From an uncultured Desulfospira sp. (GTDB lineage: Bacteria; Desulfobacterota; Desulfobacteria; Desulfobacterales; Desulfobacteraceae): DNA of 64,000 nt. The position numbers were made by a program, and so were the translations under genes. The DNA is taken from positions 5,152,001 to 5,216,000 of the forward strand of contig OY760175.1 in the NCBI GenBank assembly GCA_963663165.1. Direction: 5' to 3'. Of this stretch, positions 17,752 to 27,669 are shown piece by piece (within the stretch, counting starts at the first letter, position 1; the number at the start of each line of letters is the position of its first letter). The notes under the pieces are model-generated. The model ran no database searches and was not told the DNA's origin. It saw only the letters and a list, made by a program, of their open reading frames with translations.

Positions 17752-19857
17752 ATGGCAGCAGCAGAACAAACCGGATTTATAGCCGGATTAAAAAGAGAAT
17801 CATCAGACATTCTAATGGTTGTCGCCTTTATCGGCATTCTCATGGCCATGATTCTCCCGTTGCATCCCATTGTTCTGGACTTCTTTCTGGCTCTGAACAT
17901 TTCCCTGGCCATTGTGGTTCTCATTGCCACCATGTATACCACGGCCCCCCTTGAATTTGCCATTTTCCCCTCTCTGCTGCTGGTGCTGACCTTGTTCCGG
18001 CTGTCTTTGAACGTGGCGTCCACAAGGCTGATCCTGCTTCACGGCAGTGAAGGCCCTCTGGCGGCCGGTGCCATTATCATGTCGTTCGGCAACTTTGTGG
18101 TGGGGGGCAATTATGTGGTGGGGCTGGTTATTTTTGTGATTCTGGTGCTGATCAATTTTCTGGTCATTACCAAAGGTGCCGGAAGGATCGCGGAAGTGGC
18201 CGCCCGGTTTACCCTGGACGCCATGCCCGGCAAGCAGATGGCCATTGATGCCGACCTGAACGCGGGAATGATTGATGAGGTTGAAGCCGGAGAGCGCCGG
18301 GCTGCCATTGCCAGGGAATCGGAATTTCACGGGGCCATGGACGGTGCGTCAAAATTTGTCCGGGGGGATGCCATTGCCGGCATTGTAATTACCCTGATCA
18401 ATATTGTGGGCGGGTTTGTCATCGGCGTGGTCCAGCAGGGCATGGAAATGGGGGAAGCCCTGACCAACTATACCCTGCTCACCGTGGGTGACGGTCTGGT
18501 GTCCCAGATCCCGGCCCTGTTGATTTCAGCGGCGGCAGGCCTTCTGGTGTCACGGTCCGGGGCTGAGACCAAAATGGGCAAGGCCTTTGCCAAACAGCTG
18601 CTGTCCAGTTCCACCCCGGTGTTTATCGGTTCGGTGATTATCTTCTGCATGGGGCTGATTCCGGGGCTGCCCTCAATTCCCTTTATGACCTTAGGGTTAA
18701 CCATGGGAACCCTGGCCTGGTATTTTCTCAAAGGCGAGGAAGAAAAAAAGGTGGCCAAAGAGCTGGAAAAAGCCAAAGCCGAAGCCCAGCCTGAAGGAAC
18801 GGGGCAGCCTGAAAACGTGGACCACCTCCTGTCTTTGGACACCATCGAGCTTGAAGTCGGATACGGGTTGATTCCCCTGGTGGACAAGCAGCAGGACGGC
18901 ACCCTTCTGGGCCGGATCAGGGCCATCCGGCGGCAGTTTGCCACGGAAATGGGGATTATCGTTCCCCCCATTCATATCCGGGACAACCTGAATTTAAGCC
19001 CTGCCCAGTACCGGCTCATGATCAAGGGGGTTGAAGCGGCCGGGGCCGAACTTATGGTCAAGCATCTGCTGGCCATGGATCCCGGCGGGGTGGCCCAGAA
19101 AATTGAGGGGATCGAAACCATTGAGCCGGCCTTTAACCTGCCGGCCCTCTGGATTCCCACAAACCGGGAAGAAGAGGCCAAATTTGCCGGGTACACCGTG
19201 GTGGACAACTCCACAGTCATTGCCACCCATTTAACGGAGATTTTAAGGGCCAATGCCCATGATCTTCTGGGCCGGCAGGATGTCCAGCACCTTATGGACA
19301 ACCTGGCCAAGACCAGCCCCAAGGCCGTGGAGGAACTAGTGCCCAACCTCTTAACCATCGGGGCGGTTCAAAAGGTCCTCCAGAATCTGTTAAAAGAGCG
19401 GATTCCCATCAGGGATCTGCTGACCATTGTGGAAACCCTGGCCGATTTCGCTCCCAAGGGAAAAGACCCGGACCTGCTCACAGAGTATGTCCGGCAGCGC
19501 ATTGCAAAGGGGATGTTAAGCCCATATCTCCAGGAGGGGAAGGTGCTGCACGTCCTTACCCTGGACCGGAAGCTCGAAGAAATTTTAACCAAAAATGTCA
19601 AGCGCACGGACCATGGGGCCTATCTTGCCCTTGATCCGGGCATGGTCCATGAGGTGGTCCAGGCCATATCAAAGGCGGTTGAAAAGCAGATTGCCATCAA
19701 CACCCCGCCGGTGATCATGACCTCGCCGGTCCTGCGCCGTCATTTAAGAAAGCTCATTGAGGCATCCCTGCCGACTGTTTTTGTGGTATCCCACGCGGAA
19801 ATCGTGGATGATATTAATTTAAAGGCCAGTGGAAAGGTGGTTTTAAAAGATGAATAA
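17752..19857 (+). CDS. flhA: Flagellar export protein FlhA
   Basis: EVAARFTLDAMPGKQMAIDADL and GAMDGASKFVRGDAIAG. Confidence 0.98.
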   Translation: MAAAEQTGFIAGLKRESSDILMVVAFIGILMAMILPLHPIVLDFFLALNISLAIVVLIATMYTTAPLEFAIFPSLLLVLTLFRLSLNVASTRLILLHGSEGPLAAGAIIMSFGNFVVGGNYVVGLVIFVILVLINFLVITKGAGRIAEVAARFTLDAMPGKQMAIDADLNAGMIDEVEAGERRAAIARESEFHGAMDGASKFVRGDAIAGIVITLINIVGGFVIGVVQQGMEMGEALTNYTLLTVGDGLVSQIPALLISAAAGLLVSRSGAETKMGKAFAKQLLSSSTPVFIGSVIIFCMGLIPGLPSIPFMTLGLTMGTLAWYFLKGEEEKKVAKELEKAKAEAQPEGTGQPENVDHLLSLDTIELEVGYGLIPLVDKQQDGTLLGRIRAIRRQFATEMGIIVPPIHIRDNLNLSPAQYRLMIKGVEAAGAELMVKHLLAMDPGGVAQKIEGIETIEPAFNLPALWIPTNREEEAKFAGYTVVDNSTVIATHLTEILRANAHDLLGRQDVQHLMDNLAKTSPKAVEELVPNLLTIGAVQKVLQNLLKERIPIRDLLTIVETLADFAPKGKDPDLLTEYVRQRIAKGMLSPYLQEGKVLHVLTLDRKLEEILTKNVKRTDHGAYLALDPGMVHEVVQAISKAVEKQIAINTPPVIMTSPVLRRHLRKLIEASLPTVFVVSHAEIVDDINLKASGKVVLKDE

Positions 19858-21217
19858 ACGGGTATTCAAAGCGGCTAATATCCAGGAGGCCATCGCCAGC
19901 ATTAAAGAGGAACTTGGACCGGATGCCATGATCCTGTCCACCCGAAAAGTGCCAAGGAAAATCAAAGATCCTTATGCCGGGGACTTAGTGGAGGTAGAAG
20001 CCGCCTTAGATGAAGAAGCGGCCGCTGCCGCCCCCATGAGACAAGGTGTCTTTAACAGATCCGAACCCCGCAGGTGGCCCCTCGGGGAACCCCTCAGGGA
20101 AACTTATAAGGAATCCCCCAGGGAACCCCGCAGGGATCCGTTCAAGGCGTCTTCCCGGGGGGCTGTTGAAGATCCTGTAAGGGGCAGCCGGACAGGGATG
20201 GGAACCTTTCCCCAGGATCTGCTGGACCAGGTCCGGGACGATATTTCCCAGATCAAGGATATGATCTCATTTGCCGGCTTAGGGTTCGGTATCGTGGACA
20301 TGGCGGCTGGCAATTTTGAAACCAAGGGGATTCTGGCCGCTTTCTTAAGGGCCGGGGTCAGTGAAACCCTTGCCTGTTCCCTGATCCGGGACGCAAGCCG
20401 GGCAACGGCCAGGAATGTTGATCCCAAAGCCTTATCCCCAAAGGACCGGTCAGAGCGGATACGGGAGATCAAGAAAAAGGTCATGGCCCTGTGCCTTTCA
20501 CGGATTCGTGCCGGGGAATGGTTTGAACAGCCCGGCAAAATCCCGGGAAGCCGGGTGGCGGCATTTGTAGGCCCCACAGGGGTGGGAAAGACCACCACCA
20601 TTGCCAAGCTGGCCGCATTTTTAAGTTTCAAAAAGAAGTACAGGGTGGGGCTGATTTCCATTGATAATTACCGGATCGGGGCATTTGAGCAGCTCAAGGC
20701 CTATGCGTCCATTATGGGGCTTCCCTGTGTCCAGGCCTTTAATGCCAGGGATCTGGCCTTAGGCGTGGACCGGATGGCATCCATGGATATGGTCCTGATT
20801 GATACGGCCGGCCACAGCCACCATGACCGGAAAAAACTGGATGAAATTTTAAACCTTATCCGGTCGGATTTTCCCATATCTGTTCATTTGGCCTTGAGTG
20901 TTACCTCTGAATTGATTAATATGAAAGAGGCGGTTTCGGCGTTTTCAGCTTTTGATCCGGATACCCTTGTATTCACCAAAATAGACGAGACCAGACGGTG
21001 CGGCAAAATACTGGATCAGCTGAATGCGGTGAATCTTCCGGTTTCCCTGGTGACCAACGGTCAGAAAGTGCCTGAAGATTTGATTATTCCCGACCGGCAG
21101 ACCCTGTTGAGAATCATTCTGGGGCAGGGCCCTTTATACGGGATTGACACCCTGGCACCGGCAATGGAACCATTTGGGGAAACCCAAAAGGGGCAGGCGT
21201 TACCCAAAGGAGCGTAA
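19850..21217 (+). CDS. flhF: SRP-family GTPase FlhF
   Basis: GPTGVGKTTTIAKLAA, DTAG, TKIDE and TNGQKVPED; follows flhA. Confidence 0.95.
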   Translation: MNKRVFKAANIQEAIASIKEELGPDAMILSTRKVPRKIKDPYAGDLVEVEAALDEEAAAAAPMRQGVFNRSEPRRWPLGEPLRETYKESPREPRRDPFKASSRGAVEDPVRGSRTGMGTFPQDLLDQVRDDISQIKDMISFAGLGFGIVDMAAGNFETKGILAAFLRAGVSETLACSLIRDASRATARNVDPKALSPKDRSERIREIKKKVMALCLSRIRAGEWFEQPGKIPGSRVAAFVGPTGVGKTTTIAKLAAFLSFKKKYRVGLISIDNYRIGAFEQLKAYASIMGLPCVQAFNARDLALGVDRMASMDMVLIDTAGHSHHDRKKLDEILNLIRSDFPISVHLALSVTSELINMKEAVSAFSAFDPDTLVFTKIDETRRCGKILDQLNAVNLPVSLVTNGQKVPEDLIIPDRQTLLRIILGQGPLYGIDTLAPAMEPFGETQKGQALPKGA

Positions 21218-21222
21218 AACGA

Positions 21223-22104
21223 TTGGATCAGGCAAAAGGCTTAAGGGATTTGGCGAAAACCCGGCAACAAAAAAGGAGTGTTCACCCCATGGCAGCTCAA
21301 AATGCCCCCAGGGTCATTGCCGTCACCAGTGGAAAAGGCGGTGTCGGGAAAACAAATATTGTCGGTAACCTGGCGGTTTCCCTGGCCCGGAAGGGCAAAC
21401 GGATCGTTATTATTGACGCCGATGTCGGGCTGGCCAACATTGATATCCTTTTTAACCTGCGTCCCAAATACAGTATCCGCCACGTGGTGACGTCTGAAAA
21501 GCGCCTGGACCAGGTCATGGTCACCTCTGAGCACGGGATTAAAATCATTCCCGGCGGATCAGGGTTTGCCGACCTGACCAACCTTACCCAGGGAGAAAAA
21601 CTCAACCTGCTCAGTGAATTTGAAACCCTGGCCCCCCAGGCGGATCTGATCCTGGTGGATACCGGTGCCGGGATTTCTTCAAACGTTCTATACTTTAACT
21701 CAGCCGCCGATGACTGTGTGGTGGTTTCCACGGCAGAGCCCACATCCATTACCGATGCCTATGCCCTGATGAAAGTCATGTCCCAGGAATACGGGACAAG
21801 ACGGTTTAAGCTTATCGTCAATGTCGTAGAGTCTGAAAAAGAGGGCAAGCGGGTGTTTGCCACCTTAAGCCAGGCCCTGGACAAATTTTTGAAAAATGTG
21901 GTCCTGGAGTTTCTCGGATATATCCCTTTTGATAAACAGGTTCAACAATCGGTCCGCAAAAGGAGCCTGTTCATGGACATGGTTTCTGATACCCCGGCCG
22001 CTCTGGCCATGGACCGGATTGCCCGTGATCTTGAGAACAGTCCCAGCAGGGGTGACGGAAATTTGACGTTTTTTATGGACAAGGTGTTCCGGACCGGAAC
22101 CTGA
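21223..22104 (+). CDS. flhG: MinD-like flagellar number regulator FlhG/FleN
   Basis: N-terminal DQAKGLR activator motif (supports the TTG start), SGKGGVGKT and EPTSITDAYA. Confidence 0.95.
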   Translation: MDQAKGLRDLAKTRQQKRSVHPMAAQNAPRVIAVTSGKGGVGKTNIVGNLAVSLARKGKRIVIIDADVGLANIDILFNLRPKYSIRHVVTSEKRLDQVMVTSEHGIKIIPGGSGFADLTNLTQGEKLNLLSEFETLAPQADLILVDTGAGISSNVLYFNSAADDCVVVSTAEPTSITDAYALMKVMSQEYGTRRFKLIVNVVESEKEGKRVFATLSQALDKFLKNVVLEFLGYIPFDKQVQQSVRKRSLFMDMVSDTPAALAMDRIARDLENSPSRGDGNLTFFMDKVFRTGT

Positions 22105-22136
22105 TAACAAAATGTTATCTTCAGGGTTTGTTCAAA

Positions 22137-22229
22137 ATAACCGTCACGGACGGCTTGGATTATCCAACCAAGAACCGTCCGCAACAAGAAAATGAAAGTC
22201 TTCTCAGGATGTTAGTGGGATTTTCATAT
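22137..22229 (+). repeat. Dispersed two-hairpin element, copy D
   Basis: ATAACCGTCACGGACGGCTTGGATTATCCAACCAAGAACCGTCCGCAACAAGAAAATGAAAGTCTTCTCAGGATGTTAGTGGGATTTTCATAT, close to copy B including the loop. Confidence 0.9.
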
Positions 22230-22252
22230 AAATTTTTAAAGGCTGTCAGCCC

Positions 22253-22294
22253 GCTAACAGCTAAAGGCTAACAGCTAATAGCTAAAAGCTGAAA
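22253..22294 (+). repeat. Heptamer tract GCTAAnA, about 5-6 units
   Basis: gctaaca gctaaag gctaaca gctaata gctaaaa gctgaaa immediately before fliA. Confidence 0.8.
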
Positions 22295-22296
22295 AA

Positions 22297-23046
22297 GTGA
22301 CCAGAACAGAGAAAAGCACATTAAAAAAGGATCATGCCTGGCGTCAGAACGCCATTGTTGAATATGCGTTTCTGGTGAAGCAGATTTCCTCCCAGTTTTC
22401 CATGAGACTGCCTTCCAGCGTGCTGTTCGACGAACTGGTGTCGGCCGGGTCCCTCGGCCTGATCGATGCTGTGGACAAGTTTGACCCTGAACGGCATGTC
22501 AGCTTGAAAACCTATGCCAAGTACCGGATAAAGGGTGCCATTCTAGATGAGCTTCGAAGCATGGATACCTATTCAAGATCCATGCGCAAAAAAATCCAGG
22601 ATATTACCAAAGCCGTAAAATTAATTGAGGACGAAAAGGGCGCGCCGGCCACTGATCAGGAAACAGCAAACGCCTTAGGCATTGATCTTGCATCTTATCA
22701 GGATATGTTAAGGGATATTCACAGTGCTGCGGTTTTGAGCCTTGATGAGTTCATTAAAACAAAGAAAAACGATACATCCTCCCAGACCCGGTTCCAGGTA
22801 GGGCTCAAGGGAGAAGAAAACCCGGCAGACGATCTGGCCAGAAAAGAACTCAAACAGGTTTTAGTGGATACCATAAAGACCCTGACCGAAAAAGAGCAAA
22901 TGGTGGTTTCCCTGTATTATTATGACGAGCTGACCTTAAAGGAAATCGGTGAAATGCTTTCTTTGACCGAATCCCGGATCTGTCAGATCCATACCGGCAT
23001 ACTGGTTAAAATGAAGGCCAGGATGCAGGGGTACTTAGGGGAATAG
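22297..23046 (+). CDS. fliA: Flagellar sigma factor FliA (sigma-28)
   Basis: GLIDAVDKFDP, YRIKGAILDELR and LYYYDELTLKEIGEMLSLTESRICQIH; follows flhG. Confidence 0.95.
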   Translation: MTRTEKSTLKKDHAWRQNAIVEYAFLVKQISSQFSMRLPSSVLFDELVSAGSLGLIDAVDKFDPERHVSLKTYAKYRIKGAILDELRSMDTYSRSMRKKIQDITKAVKLIEDEKGAPATDQETANALGIDLASYQDMLRDIHSAAVLSLDEFIKTKKNDTSSQTRFQVGLKGEENPADDLARKELKQVLVDTIKTLTEKEQMVVSLYYYDELTLKEIGEMLSLTESRICQIHTGILVKMKARMQGYLGE

Positions 23047-23174
23047 CCCGAAGGCTGAAGGTGGATAGGCAGACGGCTGGAGGCAGCTTACACGAGGGAA
23101 AAATCAGGCCATGAAAGTGATACCCTTCAGCCTAAACCCCTTCAGTCTAATAGACTAAAAAAAAGAGGTAAATC

Positions 23175-25052
23175 ATGCCCGAACAAGAAGAAGATCTAAT
23201 CTCCCAGGATGATATTGACGCGCTGTTGGATTCATCCCTTCTTGGGGGTGATGACGAAGACGAAAACTCGGATGAAGATTCGGCTGAAGATGAACTTGGG
23301 GAATTGTCCCAGGATGATATTGACAGCCTTCTCAACGGTCCGGGACCGGATTCGGGCGGTGATGGGGATGATTCTGGTGGCGATGATTCAGGCGAGTTAT
23401 CCCAGGATGACATCGACCGGATGATGGGCGGGAACTCTGAATCGGAGGCGGATACTGCAGAGGAAGAAGAGGCCGGGGAGCTGTCCCAGGATGACATTGA
23501 CCGGATGATGGGCGGGAACTCTGAACCGGAGGCGGATACTGCAGAGGAAGAAGAGGCCGGGGAACTGTCTCAGGATGACATCGACCGGATGATGGGCGGG
23601 AACTCTGAACCGGAGGCGGATACTGCAGAGGAAGAAGAGGCCGGGGAACTGTCTCAGGATGACATTGACCGGATGATGGGCGGGAACTCTGAACCGGAGG
23701 CGGATACTGCCGGGGAAGAAGAAGCCGGGGAACTGTCCCAGGATGATATCGACCGGATGATGAACTTTGATGCCCCGGCAGAAGAAACCGGGGAGGCTGA
23801 CGAAGAAGATGTGGAGCTGATCTCTCAGGAAGATATCCAGCGCCTGATGAATACTTCGGGTGATGACGCCGGGGAAGAACCGGCTGCCCAGGAAGATAAC
23901 CCGCCGGCTGATGAAGAAGACATGGAGTTAATCTCCCAGGATGATATTGACGGCCTGATTCCGGAGGATGCCCCCCCGGAACCCGAGAGTATTGTCCCGG
24001 AAAGTGAACCCGAGGAGGCGGTTGAGGATGATTTTATCATTGACGAATCTGAAGCCGTTGATCCCGCAGATGCCCTGATTACCCAGGAAACCATTGATGA
24101 ACTGCTTGCAAAGGGGCCTGAACCTGAACCGGAACCTGAGCCGGAAGAACCCCCTCAGGCTGAAGATTCAATTGAAGACTTGGGCGAAGACTCCAGTGAG
24201 CCCATTGTCCTGGACGGTGATGAAGCGCCTGATGATCTGGATGATCTGGACGGGGTGTCCCAGGATGATATTGACAGCCTGCTCCAGGATGAAGATGACG
24301 ACGCCATGGGGGATGATGACGATGATATTTTAATATCCCAGGACGATATTGATACCCTGCTCATGGCGGCGGATCAGGAGGATGAAGATGTCCTTGGCGG
24401 CTTATTGGACGAAGAAGACAAGTTAGAAGGCTTTGATGAAGACGATGTTTTAGACGGTGATGACGAAGGCGACCAGGTGGTCCTGGAAGGCGGTGACGAG
24501 GTCCTTGATAGGGAAGGGGATGATGCAGATGCGCCGGTCAAGAAACGTTGGTATAAATCCAAGCTCATGGTGGCCATGCTGTCGGGAGTTTTGGTTCTGG
24601 GCATCATGATTCCGGCGGCCTATTTCCTGTTTTTTTCAAAACCGCCGGTCAAGATTCCTGAAAACCAGCCCGTTCAAACGGCTGATGTTCAGGATGTGGC
24701 GGTTGAAACCGTTACCCTTGATCCAAAGCCCTACGTTGAAATAAAAAAATCAGGGTCCATTGAGTTGAACAGTTTTCTGATCCTGGCATCCGATGAAGCA
24801 AGCGGCATTGCCTATGTCCAGGCAGACGTCACCATTGATTATACCGATCAGCGGGCATACCATGAAATCCAGGGGAACCTGCCCTTTTACAGGGATTTGA
24901 TTTTCGAGTCCATTCAAAAAAGCCTGGACCGGGACAAGGAAAATAAAGTCACCAAATCGGATTTGATCTGGGAAGTGGAAAATACCTTGAAAAAGGTGTT
25001 GCCGGCCCATTATATAGAAAGGGTGAAGTTTACCGTATTTAAGACGACTTAA
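23175..25052 (+). CDS. FliL-like membrane protein with a ~450-aa acidic N-terminal region carrying 12 [LIV]-[ST]-Q-[DE]-x-I-[DQ]-x-[LM]-[LMI] motifs
   Basis: Motifs counted in the translation; KKRWYKSK precedes one TM; the C-terminal ~110 aa (IELNSFLI...FYRDLIF...IERVKFTVFK) resembles FliL. Confidence 0.7.
   Translation: MPEQEEDLISQDDIDALLDSSLLGGDDEDENSDEDSAEDELGELSQDDIDSLLNGPGPDSGGDGDDSGGDDSGELSQDDIDRMMGGNSESEADTAEEEEAGELSQDDIDRMMGGNSEPEADTAEEEEAGELSQDDIDRMMGGNSEPEADTAEEEEAGELSQDDIDRMMGGNSEPEADTAGEEEAGELSQDDIDRMMNFDAPAEETGEADEEDVELISQEDIQRLMNTSGDDAGEEPAAQEDNPPADEEDMELISQDDIDGLIPEDAPPEPESIVPESEPEEAVEDDFIIDESEAVDPADALITQETIDELLAKGPEPEPEPEPEEPPQAEDSIEDLGEDSSEPIVLDGDEAPDDLDDLDGVSQDDIDSLLQDEDDDAMGDDDDDILISQDDIDTLLMAADQEDEDVLGGLLDEEDKLEGFDEDDVLDGDDEGDQVVLEGGDEVLDREGDDADAPVKKRWYKSKLMVAMLSGVLVLGIMIPAAYFLFFSKPPVKIPENQPVQTADVQDVAVETVTLDPKPYVEIKKSGSIELNSFLILASDEASGIAYVQADVTIDYTDQRAYHEIQGNLPFYRDLIFESIQKSLDRDKENKVTKSDLIWEVENTLKKVLPAHYIERVKFTVFKTT
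23391..23762 (+). repeat. In-frame 84-bp tandem repeat (28 aa, ~4.4 copies) inside the FliL-like gene
   Basis: Units start at 23391, 23475, 23559, 23643 and 23727 and encode GELSQDDIDRMMGGNSEPEADTAEEEEA. Confidence 0.95.
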
Positions 25053-25092
25053 ATTGCCGGAAAAGACGTAAATATCTGCTAAGGAGGGCACC

Positions 25093-25386
25093 GTGACAAC
25101 CATTCCGGGCCACAATCAGGTCCTGCAACATTCCGGGGCTGCCCAGGAAGCCAGCCAGCAGGCCCATTCCCCAAAACCATCCCCTGAGCATGCCGCCGGG
25201 ACGGCCCAGGCCCAGGAGGTTATCCGGAATTCAACCATTCAGGCATCTGACGAGTCTGAACGATTGAAAAAAGAAAAAAAAAAGGAACGGGCAGAAGCCG
25301 CTAAAAAGAAAGCCTCTGCTGACCCAAAGGAAGATCAGTTCCCGGATCCGGATGCCCCGGGAGGCCTGTTGGATACAATTATATGA
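25093..25386 (+). CDS. Small hypothetical protein in the flagellar operon
   Basis: AAGGAGG RBS, GTG start, stop overlaps the next ATG (ATGA). Confidence 0.7.
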   Translation: MTTIPGHNQVLQHSGAAQEASQQAHSPKPSPEHAAGTAQAQEVIRNSTIQASDESERLKKEKKKERAEAAKKKASADPKEDQFPDPDAPGGLLDTII

Positions 25387-25988
25387 CCCAGTTGCTCTCA
25401 ATTGAATTTTTAGTTGCCGCGTTAATAATTATAAACTGTTTTCTGGTTATTTTTATATGGATCATTATCCGGCGGGTCAACCGGATCTGTGTCGAACACC
25501 AGGCGGGCAGCAGGGCAGCAGAGAACCATGAACCGGATAAGGAGGGTTTAGAGGCGGTTTGCGGGTCTTCGAGAAAAGTGCTGGATCTTTTGGAATCCCT
25601 GGTCAGGGAGGCAACCGATGCGGCCCAAAATTTTGAAGATCAGATTAAAGAAAAACGGACCGTATCCAAAAAGTTGAACAAGGCCCTGGACTCACGGATT
25701 ATCAGTATCAACCTGCTGTTGTCCCGGTCCGAAGCTCTCCAGAAGAAGTTTGAGGAACAGCAGCTCAAATGGCTGGACCAGGCCGCCCTCAAAACAGCCT
25801 GCCAGCCCGTGCCTTTTTCAGGCAGCATGAACATCCTGGACCAGCAGAACCGGATTATTGACCTGTACCATGGCAATAAAGACGTGGATACTATTGCACA
25901 GACCCTTTCCATTCCCAAAGAAGAGGTCCGGCTTGTGATTGACCTTAAGGAAAAGTTCAGGGCAATGGAGCAGGAGACAAGAGAATAG
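25383..25988 (+). CDS. Membrane-anchored coiled-coil protein with C-terminal HTH-like segment (DUF2802/SwrB-like)
   Basis: N-terminal TM, central coiled coil, C-terminal IIDLYHGNKDVDTIAQTLSIPKEEVRLVIDL; downstream of fliA. Confidence 0.6.
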   Translation: MTQLLSIEFLVAALIIINCFLVIFIWIIIRRVNRICVEHQAGSRAAENHEPDKEGLEAVCGSSRKVLDLLESLVREATDAAQNFEDQIKEKRTVSKKLNKALDSRIISINLLLSRSEALQKKFEEQQLKWLDQAALKTACQPVPFSGSMNILDQQNRIIDLYHGNKDVDTIAQTLSIPKEEVRLVIDLKEKFRAMEQETRE

Positions 25989-26025
25989 AAACAAGAGACA
26001 AGAAACCAGATAGAAGAAGGGCAGA

Positions 26026-27657
26026 ATGATCCCGGGCATCCCTGTTGGAAAGGCTGATATGATCCTGGCCCGATCCGGATCTGCCGGGTTGGATACCCTG
26101 ACGGGGGGAAAGGAAAACGCTGTGCTGACCGCCAGGGTCATGGGGATGGCCAAAGGCCCCGGACAGGCCATGCTGATGATCAATGGTCAGGAAACGCTTG
26201 TTAAAACAGAGCTTTCCCTTGTGCCGGGCCAGAAGTTGCGGCTTACGGTTAGCCACCAGGCAAAGGATACCGTTGTTCTCAAGCCTGCAGAGCCTGTGGC
26301 GGTATCCGGAAAAGTAATCCTTGGAACCCAGATTCAACCATCCGATATCGTCCTGCCCCGGTCAGAAACAGCCGGATCATCGTCCCGGCAGATATTCAAG
26401 GAAAACACCGTCCTGACCGCCAACGTCCTGGAGCAGTCGCCCGGTTCCGGACAGGCCCGGCTGATGATCAATGGCCGGGAAATGGTGGTCAAAACCGGCC
26501 TTTCCCTGACACCGGGTCAGGACTTGCCCCTTAAGGTTTCCCAGACAACGGATACCGTTGTTTTCAAACCGGCTGGATCCATGGAGGCATCCGGAAAAAT
26601 GATCCTTGAAACGCATATGGGGAAGTCTGAAATTGTTCTGCCCCGGTCCGGAACGGCCGGATCACAACCCCTTCCGGTTTTTAAGAAAAACACGGTCCTG
26701 ACCGCCAGGGTCATGGGGCAGCCGCCCGGACCCGGACAGGCCCGGCTTATGATCAACGGCCAGGAACTGGTGGTGAAAACCGATCTTTCCCTTGCGCCGG
26801 GGCAGGATTTGCAGCTTCGGGTTTCACAGGCAACAGATACGGTTGTCCTTAAACCGGTGGGCCCCATGGATACCCCCGCCTCCCCGGGCCTTGGCCGGCT
26901 GCTTACCTTTTTTGCAAAAGAAACCGGAATTCAGGATATGTTCAAGGCAGATGATCCGTCCCTGCCGGCGGCCCTGGGCCGGACCGCCTTAAAATCCGAT
27001 AAGGCGGAGCCGGGTTTTCTGCCAAAACTGCTGGAAACCGGGGGATTGCTTCTGGAAAAAAAACTAAGCGCGTTTATCCGGGATGGCAAACTGGATGTGC
27101 TTGAAAAAAATTTTTCAGCCATTCTTGAACAGGATACCAAGGGTGGGGCCATGAAACTTGCCGGGGAGAGCGTGGCCAAAGGCGGTCAAAACAGCCCGGC
27201 AGCGGTCCTGCTGGATACCATTGAAAATCTTCAGATCATGAATAGCCAAGCGGATTCCGGGCGATATCTGCTCGCATTCCCCGTGTTAGAGGATTCCGGC
27301 TTTAATTTCGGGCAGATTTATTTTGATCTGGGCGGAAAAAAAGAAGCCAGAGACGGAAAAGAAGAAAAAAATATCAAGGTCTCTTTTCTTCTGGACATGA
27401 CCCGCCTTGGCCGGGTCCGGGCAGATTTTTCCATCCTGGACCGTGCGGTGAGCGGCCGGTTTCTGCTGGAGACTGAAGATATCTGCTCTTTTACGCAATC
27501 CAGGATATCCGATCTAGGCTCCAGACTTGAAAAAATCGGGTATCACCTGATTAACATAGACTGCCAGGTGGCCCAAAAAAATGAGCTGGCCCCTTATGTG
27601 TTCATGGAATCCATGCAGGAAAAACAGCCGGACCGGGTGGTCAATATTGTCATTTGA
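26026..27657 (+). CDS. Second FliK-like protein with three N-terminal ~95-aa repeats
   Basis: C-terminal VSFLLDMTRLGRVRADF...LGSRLEKIGY (Flg_hook-like); precedes a FlhB C-terminal-domain gene; KENxVLTA...LMING...PGQ.L.L.VS occurs three times. Confidence 0.7.
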   Translation: MIPGIPVGKADMILARSGSAGLDTLTGGKENAVLTARVMGMAKGPGQAMLMINGQETLVKTELSLVPGQKLRLTVSHQAKDTVVLKPAEPVAVSGKVILGTQIQPSDIVLPRSETAGSSSRQIFKENTVLTANVLEQSPGSGQARLMINGREMVVKTGLSLTPGQDLPLKVSQTTDTVVFKPAGSMEASGKMILETHMGKSEIVLPRSGTAGSQPLPVFKKNTVLTARVMGQPPGPGQARLMINGQELVVKTDLSLAPGQDLQLRVSQATDTVVLKPVGPMDTPASPGLGRLLTFFAKETGIQDMFKADDPSLPAALGRTALKSDKAEPGFLPKLLETGGLLLEKKLSAFIRDGKLDVLEKNFSAILEQDTKGGAMKLAGESVAKGGQNSPAAVLLDTIENLQIMNSQADSGRYLLAFPVLEDSGFNFGQIYFDLGGKKEARDGKEEKNIKVSFLLDMTRLGRVRADFSILDRAVSGRFLLETEDICSFTQSRISDLGSRLEKIGYHLINIDCQVAQKNELAPYVFMESMQEKQPDRVVNIVI

Positions 27658-27669
27658 CAGGATGGAAAC

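Noticed and set aside
23391..23762. 84-bp repeats as a CRISPR array
   Set aside because: No unique spacers; the repeats are in frame within a coding sequence
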